This document shows positions 61,790 to 64,000 of a DNA stretch of 64,000 nt, piece by piece. The translations under genes were made by a program, and so were the position numbers. Under the pieces are notes generated by a model. It was not told the origin of the DNA, searched no databases, and saw only the letters and a program-made list of their open reading frames with translations. This DNA is from an uncultured Alphaproteobacteria bacterium (GTDB lineage Bacteria; Pseudomonadota; Alphaproteobacteria; Sphingomonadales; Sphingomonadaceae): the NCBI GenBank assembly GCA_963796745.1, contig CAWCMV010000004.1:44492-108491 (forward strand), read 5' to 3'. Each line of letters starts with the position of its first letter. Position 1 is the first letter of the stretch.

Positions 61790-63936
61790 TGGCCGGGATG
61801 ATCTTCGATCCGCTGTGGCAATCGGCGGTGCTTGGCTTCTATCTGATCGGGGCCGCGGCGCTGCTTGGCCTTGCCGGTTGGCTGTTTCCCAGGCGGGAGC
61901 GACTCGGTCCGGCGGCGGATTCGATCCTTTCGGCCCTGGGCATCACTGCCTTCTGGGGGATTGCGGTTGCCGCAATGGGGCGGGCCAATCCGGGCACGGA
62001 GATGTTTCTCAGCCTGAGCTATCTGGCATGGCTGTGGGCGCTCTATCGGCTGTTCGCCAATGACGGCCGCCATGAGAGTGTGCGTCCGATCCGTTCGGTG
62101 GTGCTGGCGCTCGGCTTTGTCGAGATGCTCCAGCTCGGGCTAATTCCGGCTCAAGCGCGATTTGATACGGTGCGCGGCGCCAGCGAGATGATCTTCGAAC
62201 TGTCGATGACCTTCCGCCTGCTGTCTTCGGTCGGCGCGCTGGTGCTGGTGCATAATCTGTTCGTCGGCGCATCGCCCGCCGGCCGCCTGACCCTGCGCTG
62301 GCCGGCGGCGGCGCTGGCGACGATGTGGCTTTACGATCTCAATTTCTACACCATCGCCTATCTCACCGGCGCCATTCCTGAAACCTTGAGCGATCTGCGC
62401 GGGTTGCTGATGATCGTGATGGCGATCCTGCTCGCGCTCGGTTCGGCAGAGAGCAGGTCGGAACTGCGCCTGCGGGCATCGCGCTCGGTTGCTTTCCAGT
62501 CGTTCTCGCTGCTGCTGATCGGTGGCTATCTGGTGGCGATGGTGGTGATCGCGCAGGGCCTCGCCTATGTCGGGTCGGATTTTGCGCGGCTGATCCAGAT
62601 CGGCTTTCTGGTTGCGGCCAGCGTGGCGGCACTGCTGGTGCTGCCGTCGCCAAAGCTGCGCGGCTGGACCCGGGTCATGCTGGCCAAGCATCTGTTCCAG
62701 CATCGCTATGATTACCGCGCGGAATGGCTGCGCTTCACCGAGACGATCGCGCGCGGGGGTGAACAGGTGATGCCGCTGCATGAGCGCGTGGTGCAGGCGG
62801 TCGCGGATATTACCGACAGCCCTGCAGGTCTGTTGCTGACCCCGGGCGAGGATGGTTCGCTGGTGCTCGATTCGCGCTGGCAATGGCCCGATATCGCGGT
62901 TCCTGGCGTTGCCCTCAGCGCCGCTGCAGTGAGCTTTTTCGAGCGGGAGCGGTTCATCCTCGATCTCGACGATGTGCGAGAAGGGCGCGATTCCCGCGGC
63001 GAAGTCGAGTTGGTGCCCGAATGGCTGTTCGATTGCAGCCGCGCCTGGGCGATGATCCCGCTGCTGCATTACCAGCGCCTGGTCGGGATTGTCGTGCTCG
63101 CCCGTCCGGCAATTGTCCGGCGGCTCGACTGGGAAGATTTCGACCTGCTGCGCGTCGTGGGCCAGCAGCTTGCGAGCTATCTTGCCGAACAGGCCGGCCA
63201 GGAAGCGCTCGGCGAGGCGCACCGCTTTGATGAATTCAATCGCCGGATCGCCTTTGTGATGCATGACATCAAGAATCTTGCGAGCCAGCTGTCGCTGCTG
63301 GCGCGCAATGCCGAGAAGCATGCCGAAAAGCCCGAATTCCGGGCCGATATGCTGGTGACCCTGCGCAACAGCTCCGACAAGCTCAACGCCTTGCTCGCCC
63401 GGCTCGGTCGCTATGGCGCGGCCGGCAATGAACGGCCCGAAGAAGTCGATGCGCTGGAATGTGTCACGCGGGTAGTGCGGCGCTATGAGGCGCAGCATTC
63501 GGTCATGCTGGTCGAGCAACAGCACTGTATTGCGGTCGCCAATGCGGAATCGCTGGAGCAGGCGCTGGTCCATCTGGTGCAGAATGCGATCGACGCCAGC
63601 GATGCCGGTTCGCCCGTGCTGCTCAGCGTGCTTGCCGACGGATTGTCGTGCCGGATCGAAGTGCTCGATTCCGGCGCGGGGATGAGCGCGGAATTCATGC
63701 GCTCGCGGCTGTTCAAGCCGTTCCATTCCTCCAAGCCCGGCGGCTTCGGCATCGGCGCGTTCGAAGCGCGCGAACTGGTGCGCGCGATGAGCGGCCGGCT
63801 CGAAGTCGAATCCCGCGAAGGGATCGGAACCCGCTTCATCATTCGCCTGCCGCTCGCCCCGGTGGCGCAGCTGAGCACCCATCAAACCAGCATCGATCAG
63901 GACAACGGCCTGACCGGAAAGCCTGAGGTTGCATAA
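61789..63936 (+). CDS. prsK: PEP-CTERM system histidine kinase PrsK
   Basis: Multi-TM N-terminus, RYDYRAEWLRFT, GAF domain, AFVMHDIKN, HLVQNAIDAS and GFGIGAFE. Confidence 0.92.
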   Translation: MAGMIFDPLWQSAVLGFYLIGAAALLGLAGWLFPRRERLGPAADSILSALGITAFWGIAVAAMGRANPGTEMFLSLSYLAWLWALYRLFANDGRHESVRPIRSVVLALGFVEMLQLGLIPAQARFDTVRGASEMIFELSMTFRLLSSVGALVLVHNLFVGASPAGRLTLRWPAAALATMWLYDLNFYTIAYLTGAIPETLSDLRGLLMIVMAILLALGSAESRSELRLRASRSVAFQSFSLLLIGGYLVAMVVIAQGLAYVGSDFARLIQIGFLVAASVAALLVLPSPKLRGWTRVMLAKHLFQHRYDYRAEWLRFTETIARGGEQVMPLHERVVQAVADITDSPAGLLLTPGEDGSLVLDSRWQWPDIAVPGVALSAAAVSFFERERFILDLDDVREGRDSRGEVELVPEWLFDCSRAWAMIPLLHYQRLVGIVVLARPAIVRRLDWEDFDLLRVVGQQLASYLAEQAGQEALGEAHRFDEFNRRIAFVMHDIKNLASQLSLLARNAEKHAEKPEFRADMLVTLRNSSDKLNALLARLGRYGAAGNERPEEVDALECVTRVVRRYEAQHSVMLVEQQHCIAVANAESLEQALVHLVQNAIDASDAGSPVLLSVLADGLSCRIEVLDSGAGMSAEFMRSRLFKPFHSSKPGGFGIGAFEARELVRAMSGRLEVESREGIGTRFIIRLPLAPVAQLSTHQTSIDQDNGLTGKPEVA

Positions 63937-64000
63937 TGGAAAATCGCGAAACCAAGAACCTTCCCCGGCTGCTGATCGTCGAGGACGACGAAGGCCTGCA
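63936..64000 (+). CDS. prsR: PEP-CTERM-box response regulator PrsR (5' fragment, truncated by the window edge)
   Basis: TAATG overlap with prsK; MENRETKNLPRLLIVEDDEGL receiver start. Confidence 0.75.
   Translation, partial: MENRETKNLPRLLIVEDDEGL

Overview
A mostly GC-rich alphaproteobacterial chromosomal segment. Gene content and order (sdhCDA, zapA-6S-ygfA, tkt-gap-pgk-fba, PEP-CTERM prsK/prsR, B3 beta-lactamase next to prmA) suggest Sphingomonadales, probably Erythrobacteraceae-like; this is inference. Most of the window is core genome: bamD, recN, ligA, prmA, sdhCDA, guaB, rppH, 2-oxoacid:ferredoxin oxidoreductase, cfa, purF, thyA, glycolytic genes, thiE, efp, suhB, three tRNAs and 6S RNA. 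The first ~3.9 kb is accessory. It holds an AT-rich, heavily broken cassette with a SAM-methyltransferase remnant, a frameshifted putative modification-reader/HNH nuclease starting at the GC boundary, a structured intergenic element, an orphan terminase-small-subunit-like gene and an orphan Flp pilin. This is the best candidate for an undescribed (defence-like) system, but it is too broken to define with confidence. Several genes, some normally essential (bamD, guaB, the TonB receptor, cfa, tRNA-Leu), carry apparent +1 insertions. These are most simply long-read assembly errors, so pseudogene calls are provisional. Regulatory motifs read directly from the sequence include tandem alphaproteobacterial Fur-type boxes, a BlaI/CopY operator, a CtrA-like box and an EcfG-like promoter. 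All family assignments come from motif recognition; no database searches were run.
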